64,000 bases of DNA from Haliotis rubra. Lineage: Eukaryota. Made by a program: the position numbers and the translations under genes. The notes under the pieces were generated by a model. That model searched no databases and was not told the origin of the DNA. It saw only the letters and a program-made list of their open reading frames with translations. Positions 48,956-62,144 of the stretch are shown piece after piece. Location: contig NW_025767435.1 of NCBI RefSeq assembly GCF_003918875.1, positions 2,046,001 through 2,110,000 on the forward strand, given 5' to 3'. Numbering within the stretch: position 1 is the first letter of the stretch; the number at the start of each line of letters is the position of its first letter.

Positions 48956-49200
48956 ACCCGTGAAGATCCGGGGTAGAATAGGTCTTCAGCAACCCATGCT
49001 TGCCACAAAAGGCGACTATGCTTGTCGTAAGAGGCGACTAACGGGATCGGGTTGACACATGTCATCGTATCCCAATTGCGTAGATCGATGCTCATGCTGT
49101 TGATCACTGGATTGTCTGTTCCAGGCTCGATTATTTACAGACTGCCGCCATATAGCTGGAATATTGCTGAGTGCGGCGTAAAACTAAACTCACTCACTCA
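48956..49200 (+). mobile_element. SINE-like family B
   Basis: ACCCGTGAAGATCCGGG...CAACCCATGCTTG...GGCGTAAAACTAAACTCACTCA. Confidence 0.88.
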
Positions 49201-50254
49201 TTCAAACTCCGACGCTGGCTGTTGTTGACTTATTCGTGGATTGTTGCTTGTTCGTTTATTGATACGATGTTTTAGGACATGTTTTATTTTTAAACATGAG
49301 CATGATAATAACTCTACATGCGTAACTTCTTTAAGTGGCATTTTATCAATTTATCCCAGCGTATGTACTCTCACAAAAGATCACAGTACCAATTAAAGTT
49401 AATTGTTTATTCATAACCATCTGTCTTTTAAAAGTAGCATACAACTACAAAGATGGAAGGCGTTTCCTATTCTCGTGGTACTTACAGATATCGGCTGAAA
49501 AATTAACACAAACAATTCTTATCCTATGAATGCTTGTTTTTAAATGAAGGGCCTTCTCCTCTAACATCTACATCTATCAGCTGCTAGATCCATCAGGTGA
49601 ATTACCACTCATGACCCCCGGTGATAAACAATGCCATCCGCCATTGACGAAACCAATCTTCTCCCATTCTCGCGGTATTACCAGGAATTAACGTTGTTGA
49701 GTGTATATAAGAGCAATCCTGCCGGAAAGGGCGGGAAAAAGTAATGATATGTCCAAGTTGGTATAAACTCCCCAATATTCGTGACACTGCAAGATTTTGA
49801 TCACTCACAGACTTGGTCCACTTCCTAGTTACCAGTCGGTGATGTAAACAACCGGTAAGGGTCGTGCATCAGCGATTTCAGCAGAAAACATGTTTACACC
49901 GCGAGAATAGGAAACACGCAAGAATAGGAGACGGACCTATACTCTGTACAACAGTGGTACGTGTCTTGATTGTATTTGCTTGCCCTGTCACATTGAGTAG
50001 CCTTAGATTTATAACTTTCACGTGATATCAACTGTTGTGTGATGTAACATGATTTTGCTGACTGTCTTATGATTAATGACATGTGGTGAGATATTTGAGT
50101 ATTAATTAAAATAAGACATATCTGTGCAATTATTGCAAAACGCATAGTCTAGAAAAGCACATACAAATGCCATCTTAATATTTAATGATTGTTCTTATTG
50201 GAGGACAGTTAAGATATTTACTCCTTGACCCATGTCCACGTGTCTATTTCCAGG

Positions 50255-51465
50255 ATGCCTGACCTTGCATCTCTGAGATCAGTGCTTCCCACGACACCAG
50301 ATGAGCTGCTTGTTACAATAACCAGTCCTGCCATTCTGGGAGAAGACTATGTTGACCTACTGAAGAAGACATGTGATTGTTTGTATGGGCCAGATGGTGC
50401 TAGTGTCCTGCAGCCCTGTGAGGTGTTGTTGGACATGGCCTGGGAGAAGCTGAACACCGGTTATTGGAAGGATGTGGACGTCAACTGGAGGTATGCCTAC
50501 ACTGTCATCTCACTGATGAAGGTGTACTGTCAGTGTTGGCTGCTAAATGAACAAAAAGGAGATGTTTCATTGGCCGATATCATGAGGTCATGTGACCTGG
50601 GTTTGTTGATGGGTGCCCCTATGCTGGATAACATCCTGGCGTATGTCTTCCCTGATTCAAACCATCTTCAACCCTCCAGGGAAACAACAGTGTGTAGATA
50701 CAGTGCCTGAACATAAGAGGATGAAAGTTGCAGATGTGAGGATCGACAAAGATAAATCTGTAGCTCAATGTTCCCGTCCATCCTTACAAAAGTTTAAAGA
50801 AAGTTACATGGACAAACAGCAAGCTGTGATTGTTACTGATGCAATGGATTTCTGGCCATGTTTGAGTTTCAGAAAGTGGGATCTGGACTACATAAAACAG
50901 AAAGCTGGATACAGAACTGTTCCTATTGAGCTAGGGTCTAAGTACACAGAGGAGACTTGGTCACAGAGTTTAATGACAATAACAGAGTTCATTGAGCGCT
51001 ATATCGAGAACCCTACACAGGAGACCAAGGGCTATCTAGCCCAGCATCAACTCTTTGATCAGATTCCTGAATTGCAGAAGGACATCAGTGTTCCAACCTA
51101 CTGCTGTTTGGGGGACAAGGAAGATGTTGATACCAATGCATGGTTTGGGCCTGCAGGTACTGTGTCACCTTTGCACTATGACCCAAAGCATAACTTTCTG
51201 GCTCAAGTAGTGGGGTACAAGTACATACGACTGTACTCGGACCAGGTGACAGATCAGCTGTATCCTCACCCAGACAGACTCCTGGTGAACACATCCCAGG
51301 TAGATTTAGAGGAGCCAGATCATGTCAAGTTTCCACTGTTTGCCAAGGCTCCGTACGTGGAGTGTGTGTTGCGGCCGGGGGGAAATGTTGTACATTCCTC
51401 CAAAACATTGGCATTTTGTCAAGTCACTGTCTGTCAGCTTCTCGGTTAGTTTCTGGTGGGAGTGA
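50255..51465 (+). CDS. KDM8: JmjC-domain protein JMJD5/KDM8, single coding exon, with two apparent frameshifts (about 50640 and 51377-51382)
   Basis: Motifs [70 protein letters not shown] and, after the shift, [29 protein letters not shown]. The HxD...H iron ligands are present. An acceptor-like TTTCCAG lies just before the ATG. Confidence 0.9.
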
Positions 51466-51629
51466 ATGAGTGAGTGACTTTACTTTTACACCGCTTTTAG
51501 CAATATTCTGGCAACATCACGGCAGGGAAACCAGAAATAGGCTACACACATTGTGCCCATGTGGGGAATCGAACCTGGGTCTTTGGCGTGACAAGCGAAC
51601 GCCTTAACCAGTGGGTTACCCGCTGCCCC
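51462..51629 (-). mobile_element. SINE family A inserted in the last codon of KDM8 (TSD GTTTCTGGTGGGA)
   Basis: Direct repeat at 51449-51461 and 51630-51642. Confidence 0.88.
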
Positions 51630-51814
51630 GTTTCTGGTGGGAATAAACATTAACAGTAGAGGGCATAATGTGTACGCAAAACTGTCCCTCGTTACGCATA
51701 CAAGTGTCTACCTGAGAGGGTATTAGGTAACAATAAAATTTGTTCACAGATTTATATTAAAATTTAAAGTTCAATTTTTTGTTTTCACTTGGTAATATCC
51801 CCGGTATATGATGC

Positions 51815-52164
51815 CAGGGATAGAAATACTTTTTTTTCTAAGTGTGCCCAAGGGCACCAGACAAATATTTTAGGTGTGCCTTTCAGAAATTGAGTATGCC
51901 TACATGTTTTTAGAATAAATGACAATGATGATGATCATTTGAAATTTATTGTTAAATAAAGAAATGGGTTTATGAGCATTCAAATATGTATGGTATTATT
52001 TAATTTGGAAAAAAATAATTGTTTTGGGGATTAAATGACTAAATGTGAGTTATGTCTCTGAAAAATCAGGCGTGTCAAAAGGGCACAGAGAACATTTTTT
52101 AGCCGTGCCATTTCAATAATTACCGTGCCATGGCACACTAACATATGGGGTATTTCGAACCCTG
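51815..52164. mobile_element. hAT-like MITE (CAGGG...CCCTG)
   Basis: Imperfect TIRs CAGGGATAGAAATA and TATTTCGAACCCTG, with subterminal GTGCC repeats. No clean 8-bp TSD. Confidence 0.5.
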
Positions 52165-52302
52165 GATGCGAGTAACTAAATAATCAGATCTGTATCAGTG
52201 ATTGACTTCATGATGCTTGATGTATGTGGTTTGGATTTCACTGACACCCATGTGAGCATACCTGGTCACCTGATCCAGTTTCTTGTCTCTTACAACAAGC
52301 AT

Positions 52303-52651
52303 GGAGACCGCCTCCGGGTCGTAGTGGTTAGAACGTCTGCCTGGATAGCGGAAGGTGGCGGGTTTGATCCCTGGCCGTGTCATTACAAAAGGCGTTGAAA
52401 TATGGTACATGTTGGCCCCTGCCTGGCGCTCGGCATTAATGGGTACAACAAGGACTGGTCGGCTCGGAGTCAGTATAATGTGTCTCAGTGGGGCATTCAT
52501 GCTTTACTGCGGCATGGTATCTCAGTGAGCTAGCACTATAAAACCAGCTTAAGACTGGGCTCGTACAAGCAGCCACACATACACACGCACGTCGTCATAT
52601 GAGTGAAATATTCTTAACTACGACGTTACACCCCATTTCACCTCACCTCAC
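52303..52651 (+). mobile_element. tRNA-derived SINE family C
   Basis: Same head, domain and tail as 18807-19170. Confidence 0.85.
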
Positions 52652-53527
52652 TACAACAAACGTGGGTTGCTGGAGACCAATTATACCCATCATGTGGTCC
52701 AACAAAAGAACTATAGAATCAACAATATCCATGATGGATTTATTGCAACAAACCAACTTTGACATATATGAGCCTTGTTAAAATATATTTCTTGGTTTAA
52801 AGGGCCTGATACCTTTAGATTTACCCACATCCCAGATATTGTTTGAGTGTCTTAACAGTGAAACAAAAGAATGTTCCAAATCTCTTATCATTCACGCCTT
52901 TCCCAGTGAGAATTCCAAACGAACCAGGGCTGTATCAAGACATGCACAGTGACCAACATTTGGCCCCATGTCTGAAACAAATGTCAGTAAAAATTCAGAA
53001 ATAGGAATGAAAAATTCCTCAATTATGTTTATATGGTCATATGTCATAGTATTGTTGTAGCTTGGTGATAACATGTTTACCACTGATAACAGGACTAGTG
53101 GTGAGAGCGAGTCTTCCAGGCTTAGTTTTACATTTTATATTATCGCCACAAAAAGGTGCAAAGTTGCTGATGGGGTGTTAAGCAGTATTCACTCACTCGC
53201 ACATCTACATTATTGCATTGAATGCAGGGTAAAATAGCCACTAAAATTTCCAACATAATCACAACATAATAAATTCTCTTTTTACCAAATTTGCCTGACA
53301 TGTTCAGATCGGACACGTTTGGAATCATAGATAAATCCCTGGTGGGAAGCCCTTGTCTCGGGTCCAGGTCTTTACATTTAGTCCCTGGTAGCATTCTCCA
53401 AAATACATGAAATATTACCATACATCCACTCAGTAATGATGTAATTTGGAACATGATGTGTATACAATCCTACCCAAGACACTCTCGTACATGGACATGA
53501 GGGAGTGAGTAAGGATGATGGATGGAT

Positions 53528-53720
53528 TGGAGGGAGTCTGTGAAGAGGTTGTAGGAGGGTCGGAGGAAGTCTGTGAAGAGGTTGTAGGAGGGTCGGAGGA
53601 AGTCTGTGAAGAGGTTGTAGGAGGGTTGGAGGGAGTCTGTGAAAAGGAGGTATGAGGGTTGGAAGGAGTCTGTGAAGAGGTTGTAGGAGGGTTGGAGGGA
53701 GTCTGTGAAGAGGTTGTAGG
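53528..53720. repeat. 33-bp minisatellite (GGAGGRAGTCTGTGAAGAGGTTGTAGGAGGGTY), about 6 copies
   Basis: Read directly from the sequence. Confidence 0.88.
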
Positions 53721-53929
53721 AAAAAAAGTCATAGATTGGGTAGGAAAATAAGAATCACAGAAAATATGAGAGGGGAGAAAGAGAGACATAAAACACTTTT
53801 GGAGAGTCGTGAAAAATGGGGGATAATGTGTGTTTTTTATTTTGTCTTTTCAGGGCCATGGCAAAGGGTCAGGGAGGGTGTAACAAAATTCTGACAAGCA
53901 TTTGTGGAGGTCATAGAACATTTTGAAAG

Positions 53930-55891
53930 GCATTAGGGGAGGGTCATACAAAACTATGACGGGCATTAGAGGAGGGTCATACAAAACTATGACAAGCATT
54001 AGAGGAGGGTCATACAAAACTATGACAGACATTAGGGGAGGGTCATACAATACTATGACAGGTATTAGGGGAGGGTCATACAAAACTATGACAGGCAATA
54101 GGGGAGGGTCATACAAAACTATGACAGGTATTAGGGGAGGGTCATACAAAACTATGACATGTATTAGGGGAGGGTCATACAAAACTATGACAGGCAATAG
54201 GGGAGGGTCATACAAAACTATGACAGGTATTAGGGGAGGGTCATACAAAACTATGACAGGTATCGGGAGGGTCATACAAAACTATGACAGGCAAAAGGGG
54301 AGGGTCATACAAAACTATGAGAGACAATAGGGGAGGGTCATACAAAACTGTAAGAGGCAATAGGGGAGGGTCATACAAAACTATGACAGGTATGGGGAGG
54401 GTCATACAAAACTATGACAGGTATCGGGAGGGTCATACAAAACTATGACAGACAATATGGGAGAGTCATACAAAACTTAGACATTAGGGAAGGGTGATAC
54501 AAAACTATGACAGGGGAGGGTCATACAAAACTATAGGGAAGGGTCATACCAAACTATGAGAGACAATATGGGAGGGTCATACAATACTATAAGAGACAAT
54601 ATGGGAGGGTCATACAAAACTATGACAGGTATTAGGGAGGGTCATACAAAACTATGACAGGCAATAGGGGAGGGTCATACAATACTATGACAGGTATTAG
54701 GGAGGGTCATTCCAAACTATGAGAGACAATATGGGAGGGTCATACAAAATTATGAGAGACAATATGGGAGGGTCATACAAAACTATGACAGATATTAGGG
54801 AAGGGTGATACAAAACTATGACATGTATCGGGAGGGTTATACCAAACTATGAGAGACAATATGGGAGGGTCATACCAAACTATGAGAGACAATATGGGAG
54901 GGTCATACAAAACTATGACAGGTATTAGGGAGGGTCATACAATACTATGACATGTATTAGGGAGGGTCATTCCAAACTATGAGAGACAATATCAGAGGGT
55001 CATACAAAACTATGACAGGTATAAGGGAAGGGTCATTCCAAACTATGACAGGTATGGGGAGGGTCATACAAAACTATGACATGTATTAGGGAGGGTCATA
55101 CAAAACTATGAGAGACAATAGGGCAGGGTCACACAAACTATGACAGGCAATAGGGAAGGGTCATACAAAACTATGACAGGTATGAGGGAGGGTCATACAA
55201 ACCTATGACAGGCAATAGGGGAGGGTCATACAAAACTATGACAGGCAATAGGGGAGGGTCATACAAAACTATGACAGGTATGGGGAGGGTCATACAAAAC
55301 TATGACAGGTATGGGGAGGGTCATACAACACTATGACATGTATTAGGGAGGGTCATACAAAACTATGACATGTATTAGGGAAAGTCATACAAAACTATGA
55401 CAGGCAATAAGGGAGGGTCATACAAAACTATGATAGGTATTAGGGGAGAGTCATACAAAACTGAGAGACAATAGGGCAGGGTCACACAAACTATGACAGG
55501 CAATAGGGAAGGGTCATACAAAACTATGATAGGTATTAGGGGAGTGTCATACAAAACTATGACTGGCAAAAGGGGAGGGTCATACAAACCTATGACAGAC
55601 ATTAGGGAAGGGTCATACAAAGGTATGACAGACATTAGGGGAGGGTCATACAAAACTATTACAGGCAAAAGGGGAAGGTCATACAAACCTATGACAGACA
55701 TTAGGGAAGGGTCATACAAAACTATGACAGGCATTAGGGAAGGGTCATTCAAAAGTATGACAGACATTAGGGGAGGGTCATACAAAACTATTACAGGCAA
55801 AAGGGGAGGGTCATACAAACCTATGACAGGCATTAGGGGAGGGTCATACAAAAGTATGACAGGCGTCAGGGGAAGGTCATACCAAACTATG
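53930..55891. repeat. 32-33 bp minisatellite (GGGGAGGGTCATACAAAACTATGACAGGYATTA), about 60 copies
   Basis: Read directly. Each unit contains the inverted repeat GTCATA/TATGAC. Confidence 0.95.
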
Positions 55892-56456
55892 AAAAGGATT
55901 AGAGAGAAGAGGTTCATTTTTAGTAAAATAGGGCACCAAACAGCACGGACTATGATACCTGTCTACAAAATGACCGGTCCCTCATACAAGAGAAACCTTA
56001 GAACCAGACCAGGAAGTGGACTGGTATTGTCACCAGTGTGCGTGAGGTCGTCAGACTCTTGTTTTCCATTGCCAGATAGATCGGTAACTTAATTACTCCA
56101 TCCAAGCTGAATGAGTTTGAAATTGGTTTTGTGGGAATTTATGTATATTGTTTCAGGATGTACCTCGCGACATTCAAGATATATGACAGTTTGTGGATCT
56201 TGGCAAAGGTAGCAACGTCTGGCTCGGTCGGTGATGTCGAGGCGGTGGGGTAGCCTAGTGGTTAAAGAGTTCGCTCGTCACGCCGAACACCCGGGTTTGA
56301 TTTCCCACAGGAGTACAGTGTATGGGTATGATCACGCATGCGTACCGTCACTGGTTTGCCTGAGCGAGATTCGATAACTTACAGGCAGTCGTGATATAGA
56401 TTGAACAACCCTTATGCGGCGCCATTCACTCATTCACTTTACTTCACAGAGCTCTT

Positions 56457-56696
56457 GTGAAGGTCTGGGTTAGAATTGGTCTTCAGTAACCCATGCTTGT
56501 CGTAAGAGGCGACTAACGGGATCATGTGGTCAGGCTCGCTGACTTGGTTGACACATGCCATCGTATCCCAGTTGCGTAGGTTGGTGCTCATGCTGTTGGT
56601 CACTGGATTGTCTGGTCCAGGATCGATTATTTACAGACCGCCACCACATAGCTGGAATATTGCTGAGTGCAGCGTAAAACTAAACTCTCTCACTCA
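56457..56696 (+). mobile_element. SINE-like family B
   Basis: Near full-length copy whose CTCA tail runs directly into the second minisatellite array. Confidence 0.88.
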
Positions 56697-57117
56697 TACA
56701 AAACTATGACAGGCATTTAGGGGAGGGTCATACAAAACTATGACAGGCATTAGGGGAGGGTCATACAAAACTATGACAGGCATTAGGGGAGGGTCATACA
56801 AAACTATGACAGGCATTAGGGAGGGTCATACAAAACTATGACAGGCATTAGGGGAGGGTCATACAAAAGTATGACAGGCATTAGGGAAGGGTCATACAAA
56901 ACTATGACAGGCATTAGTGGACGGTCATACAAAATTATGACAGGCATTAGGGGAGGGTCATACAAAACTATGACAGACATTAGGGGAGGGTCATACAAAA
57001 CTATGACAGGCATTAGTGGACGGTCATACAAAATTATGACAGGCATTAGGGAAGGGTCATACAAAACTATGACAGACATTAGGGGAGGGTCATACAAAAC
57101 TATGACAGGCATTAGGG
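56694..57117. repeat. Second array of the 33-bp GGGTCATACAAAACTATGAC minisatellite, about 13 copies
   Basis: Read directly from the sequence. Confidence 0.95.
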
Positions 57118-58601
57118 CAGAGGGCCTCTCACTGTTGCTGAAGTCAGAGCAGTCACCTTAGTGTTTGAAGCGTTCGTAAAATAGGTTGGTTTTCGAGCCA
57201 AATCCCTTCACAACTCACACTACAAATAATGCCAAAGTGTTTTCTTATATATGTGCCCTGTGCGTCACGTCAATCAAAGGAACTGTACTGTATCGATCAT
57301 CAGTTCGCAAACTGATCTCGACAACCTATCTTCAATTCTCTCATCTCTACGACAATCAACAGGAGAGTATATGCATGCATACTACCTCATTTATTAAAGT
57401 TGAAGACAGTAATTCGTCAGCAGACAGAATTATCAAATCACAATAAATTCATCTTTAGGTAATACATTTATTTAAAAAACCGATCACATGTATAATGCAT
57501 TTATCGTTTGAAATATAATGTACATGAGTCGTCTTGAAAAATGCCTTTCACTACAAAATCAATTCCAATCACCCAAGTGCCGGTCAACAGTTCTTCTTGA
57601 TCCTTTCCCCCAAAATGATACCGACACTCTAATTTGTCAGTGTCACAGAACCGACACCCATTACAGTTCAGTACTTTAATTTGTATTCATGAATATTCAT
57701 TACTGAATGGGAGTCAGCATATGTGACCTAAGTCATCACATCATGTGACCTAACTATGTTTATTACTTTGTAGAAAAACATACATTTTTACAAAATAATT
57801 CTCCCGACGACGAAGTTATTATATAATGTTGAAAGACTTGGTTCTAGAACATAGACATTTGGCGATAACCAGTTTTATGTTGACACAATCGGAATAAATT
57901 CTCGTCAATTTTTGGCTCCGTTTTCACCTCTTCACGTGAGGTACCCTTTAACCAAAACCAAAACCCCAATAGGTCATGTCAGGAGAACCGTGAGCGAACT
58001 TTAGCAGCACAGATGAAATGGAAGGATGCTTTTGTGTAGATGGCGCTCAGAAACGACCGGATTTTAAAACATAATGACGTAAACTTATAGCTTAACCGAA
58101 ATGGCTGCTTAACTTCACGTTCGAGATGCATAAAGTTAACTGGTCTGATTGTTTTGCTCACTCGAAACGAGAACTTCAAACCTAGACGCAGATAATCTGA
58201 TTTGAGAGTTCTCCTGATGATACTGGTTGGAGGGGCGGTTCAACCTTCACGTAGAGAGATGTCGGAGTAACTGATCGTGACGCTAACGCGATTGACGTTG
58301 AAAAGCGTTTAATTAATCACTGGAAGTCTCGTATACATATTTGTTATATATTGCGAAGTGGAATTAATACAGATCACTTATATATTCAAATTCATATCTT
58401 AGTAACTATTTCTTCACATCTGTTCTCTCCAGAAGGTTTACACCAAATGTCTAGTGCTTGCAATATCACTGCTTCATATCCATTTTATGTACCATTTAAC
58501 CAGTTGCTGGGCAGGAGTAACGATGTATTCCTTGTCAATCGGAACGCATCGTCTGTTTTCATTTGAAATGGTGTGACTAGTGTGTTCCGAAAGAAGCCCC
58601 T

Positions 58602-61600
58602 CTACACAAACTGGCTGTCGATCCACGTCCTGAAGGCAGCCACTTCTGTGTAGAGTCCAGCCTGATTGGGCCTGGCGCATTCAAACCCACTGGAGACGAT
58701 TCCGTACTGGACCCACTCGTTGTTATCCTGACAGATTAAAAGGCTGCCGGAGTCGCCCTGAAACAATGGAAGGATATACAAGCTATGACGAGGCGCTATG
58801 TACACGAACTCGACTGCCGAATGTTTGTAGGTTTGTTTTGTCTATTGCCACACCCGGCAATATTCTAGCTGTAAGGTGGCGTCCTGTAACTATAATGGAG
58901 TCTTGACCAGACAATCCAGTGACTGACGTCACGAACACCGACTTAAACAAGCGGGATATGATGACACGCATGAACAATATCAGTGAGGTGATGACAACTG
59001 ATCTCGTTAGGGACCGTTCATTATTTAGGGGTGGGGTGTCATTCACATTGTACATGTTTCCCCATCAGACCATCATCACCTTAGCCATAAATTATGAACG
59101 GTCCCTTGTCTCCTCTTACAACAGACATACAGGGACCATTGTAACCCGGACCCTCGCGGGTTAGTACTCACTGTAAGGATGTTGTGATGTAACGTGGATA
59201 TTATAGTAATAAACATAATATGTGTGTGCGTGCGTGCGTGCGTGCACTGCCTGTCTGCCTGTCTGTTTTCACTATTGTTCTTGTGAAAGTGTAGCCAACT
59301 GAGACAACCTACTCAGAAACAGTATGTTCAAACAGGCTTACCCGACATGCGTCCTCTCCGCCACTAACACCATTGGCAGCACAAATGATGTTGTTATCAA
59401 CTGCAGAGGCGGTGGAGGTAAAGGTGGTACGGCAGTCTTCAGAGTCGTACAGCTCCAGGTCTACTTCTTGAAGAACGCTGGCAGAGACTCCATTGTCTGC
59501 AACACAACACGACGCCATGTATCTTCCTAACTTTAGGATTCTTGCTAAAGGGGACAAATAAATATATTAAACGAAAACCCACGCCGACAGAGGGATAAAG
59601 TGAAACATAACAGGAAAGTATCAGCATGTTTGCTTCCGCCATCAACCGTTCTAAGGCGCCCTAGATTCGTCGGTTCGAATCCTAGATTTGTAGGTACCAT
59701 AGGACATTGTCCTGCACGACCTTTCATTCAGGACGACTCCGCCTGTGACATTCGTCGATGATACGCCATGAAGTAAGCAATCTCCGACAGAATTAGTAGG
59801 AAGTTCGATTCTCTAATTCCTCTAGTTCACGTGACGGTCATCTTCTTTGGGCATCCCAATGTGTAAATGTTGCTCGATGTCAAATTATTTGCCCAATTTC
59901 TATCTCGTTTTTCTCCAACTGGACATCGTGTTGTACGGGATCTAAACTGGATTTCTGTGGTCGACTGCAGTGTTGTTTCTCTGTACAACTGCTACCAAAG
60001 GTAAAGGTAACGGAATTAGAACTCACGGAATTAGAAATAAAATGGTTTGGGGCGCTGATTTCGTAGTTTTGAACACAACTAAAGTTTGCTAAATATTCTA
60101 TGACTATCGTTTTTCACTTTTGTTAAATCATCCGAAATAGCATTCTCTTGAGTAACCACCCTGGAAAGATAATGCCGAAATAGATGAGTTTACAGGAGAG
60201 CAAATCGTGTCATTTTTACCACTTGAAATTTCATCAAAGTCAAAATGTACGTTTCTGATGTAAGCTATAGTATGCAAATGAGATGTACTCTCCATCGGTT
60301 CGCGTACGTAACATATTCTATGGAAAACGTCACATATCATTCATCCTTTATTTCTTTTATCCTAATTGATATGCAAACTAATTGATTTAAGGATTTTCTC
60401 AGTTCAGTTCATTTTTCATGCCTGTACTCTTGTTGAAAGGTTACTATTTTTACGAGTTCATTCAAAGCTTTGATTGTCAATTGCACAATCGCTATGGCAG
60501 CGCACGTGTAAATGCATCTTCCCGTCTAAACAGTGCTGCAGGTAGTAAGTTAGTAAGTTATGTTTCTAAATTTGTTGATAATATGCAATTTGTTGTTATT
60601 TTTACCTGTAAGATGGTATTTTGGATGATGATTAAAAGGCCTAGTTGAGAAAAACATACTTATTTTAATATTTGTTAAAACTACCTATTTTATTGAAGTA
60701 ATAAACAAATAAACTAAATAACCAAACATTTTATTTCTATTTCCGTGAATACTTTAGAACATAGTCATACCCATACCATGTCCGTGAACTATATTAGCTC
60801 AGACAGACATACGAATATGAACACCTCCAATCAAGGCCTTAACTGATTCTTAGACACTGTTCTATGCAACTGGAGTTATGTACTCCTGGTCGCCCGATGA
60901 ACCAATGTGAAGGTCGATGTCAGTAATCCCGTCATGCACACTTACAGGAAAGGGTTCCCCATCCAATCACAGTGCACGTCCTCCCAGTCTGCGTCACCTG
61001 AGACGAGGGCGCCATTTGAACAATTTGACGACATTTTGTTGTGATGACATCTTTCTTTAGTTTCAAGACAGCAACATCGAAAACTGCAACAGATAAAATA
61101 CAAATCTTCATTAAATTGTATCCATTTCTTTGAGCGAGGGCAATCTTTAAACTTAATTGGCGGCGCGTACCGAAGATATAATCCCATTCTTGACACCAAG
61201 TATATATCTTTTGGGAGACATTTTCATAAACGTTTTAAGAGTGCTTACGAAATCTTAAGTCTGAGAAATATCACTCAACCTCTTAGAACTATTTTTTTCA
61301 GCGAGTAAAAAGTATTCTTAGAAAGCTGTAAGATGTCTATGAATACGGCCCAAAGTATACCACTCGGTGTTTTACTCGTCTTTTATACAAACATACTGGA
61401 CCAAGTATCGTTGGACAAATACAAATGTATACTGTTTGCTCGAAGAGCAAAGGGACCCGTGAAGATCCAGGTTAGAATTGATCTTCAGTAACCCATGCTT
61501 GTCGTAAGAGGCGACTAACGGGATCATGTGGTCAGGCTCGCTGACTTGGTTGACACATGTGGACCATCGTATTCCAGTTGCGTATATCAATGCTCATGCT

Positions 61601-62104
61601 GCTGATCACTCGATTGTCTGGTCCATACTCGATTATTTACAGACCGCCGCCATATAGCTGGAATATTGCTGAGTGCGGCGTAAAACTACAACAATGACGG
61701 GTCAGGGTAGTTGTCCTTGTGACACCTCAGCAGTGACTTTCCTTAGATCTGAATTTTAATTGTCTATAGCTACTATCTGTGATCTATTATTAAGATAACT
61801 GAATCTCAGAATTAACATCTTCTCTCAGTTCGTCTCAAACACTTTGGCCATAGGTCATTCAAATTTGCAGCACCAACCCTATGGAACAGTCTTCCTACTC
61901 CCATAAAAAATGCTTCATCCTTAGAAGCATTCAAATCGGGACTCAAAGCCTTCCTCTTCAAAAAAGTCTACAACCTATAACTGCGAAATATTTTCATGGT
62001 CATTTTGACGAACTGTGATATCTTCCTCTTGAACTCTAGTGACTCTTTTTATATGTAGAGCTTTGAGCATGCTCTGGATGGACTATGGCTCATAAGAAAT
62101 ATCC

Positions 62105-62144
<40 letters not shown>

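Noticed and set aside
50641-50679. GT...AG mini-intron explaining the first KDM8 frameshift
   Set aside because: It is only 39 nt and a multiple of 3, so it would not restore the frame.
53430-57161. Repetitive ORFs (PVIVLYDPPL / MTGIRGGSYKT / PPTTSSQT) as repeat or mucin proteins
   Set aside because: They are translations of 33-bp minisatellites, open on both strands and broken wherever units are 32 bp. There is no splice or signal context.
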